DNA from: Octopus sinensis
Lineage: Eukaryota
Direction: 5' to 3'
Length of the DNA: 64,000 nt
Assembly (NCBI RefSeq): GCF_006345805.1
Contig: NC_043022.1
Span: forward strand, 5,828,001-5,892,000
Part shown: positions 63,920 through 64,000 of the stretch, in pieces
Layout of the letters: every line of letters starts with the position of its first letter
How positions within the stretch are numbered: the stretch's first letter is position 1
Notes under the pieces: model-generated
Database searches by the model: none
The model's input: only the letters and a program-made list of their open reading frames with translations
Told to the model about the DNA's origin: nothing
Position numbers and translations under genes: made by a program

Positions 63920-64000
63920 TATATACATTTGCATGCATCTATAGATATATACATATACCAGAGTAAGCACTTAATTGTGAAACAAGGTAGGAAAAAATAG

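Overview
This is eukaryotic, repeat-saturated, gene-poor DNA. It is most likely from an octopus: the tRNA/CORE-type SINE families and extreme microsatellite density resemble Octopus genomes, but this is recognition from memory, not a database hit. There is one 100-N assembly gap (39317-39416). I found no rRNA, no intact tRNA, no CRISPR array and no recognisable host protein-coding gene. Almost all long ORFs in the supplied track are translations of microsatellites or TE fragments. The window holds dozens of copies of four retroposon families (labelled A-D here), three distinct RTE-clade LINE 3' fragments (BovB-like, RTE-1-like, Expander/Rex3-like), a Tx1/L1-type fragment, piggyBac-, hAT- and mariner-type MITEs, long fold-back elements and many compound minisatellites. 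A + strand gene is tentatively inferred: a GC/CpG-rich exon ending at a strong donor (41145), a ~20 kb intron, and a 72-nt exon (61375-61446) whose acceptor is immediately followed by a perfect donor (AG|GTAAGT), a candidate recursive splice site. The most notable observations are: (1) two independent antisense insertions of family A into the same site of another family A copy, each with a TSD; (2) the candidate recursive splice site; (3) a Penelope-type minimal hammerhead ribozyme motif; (4) fold-back elements whose two arms match each other but differ between copies; (5) a filled/empty piggyBac-MITE site pair in a local duplication. Most repeat boundaries are read by eye and are accurate to about 10-20 bp.
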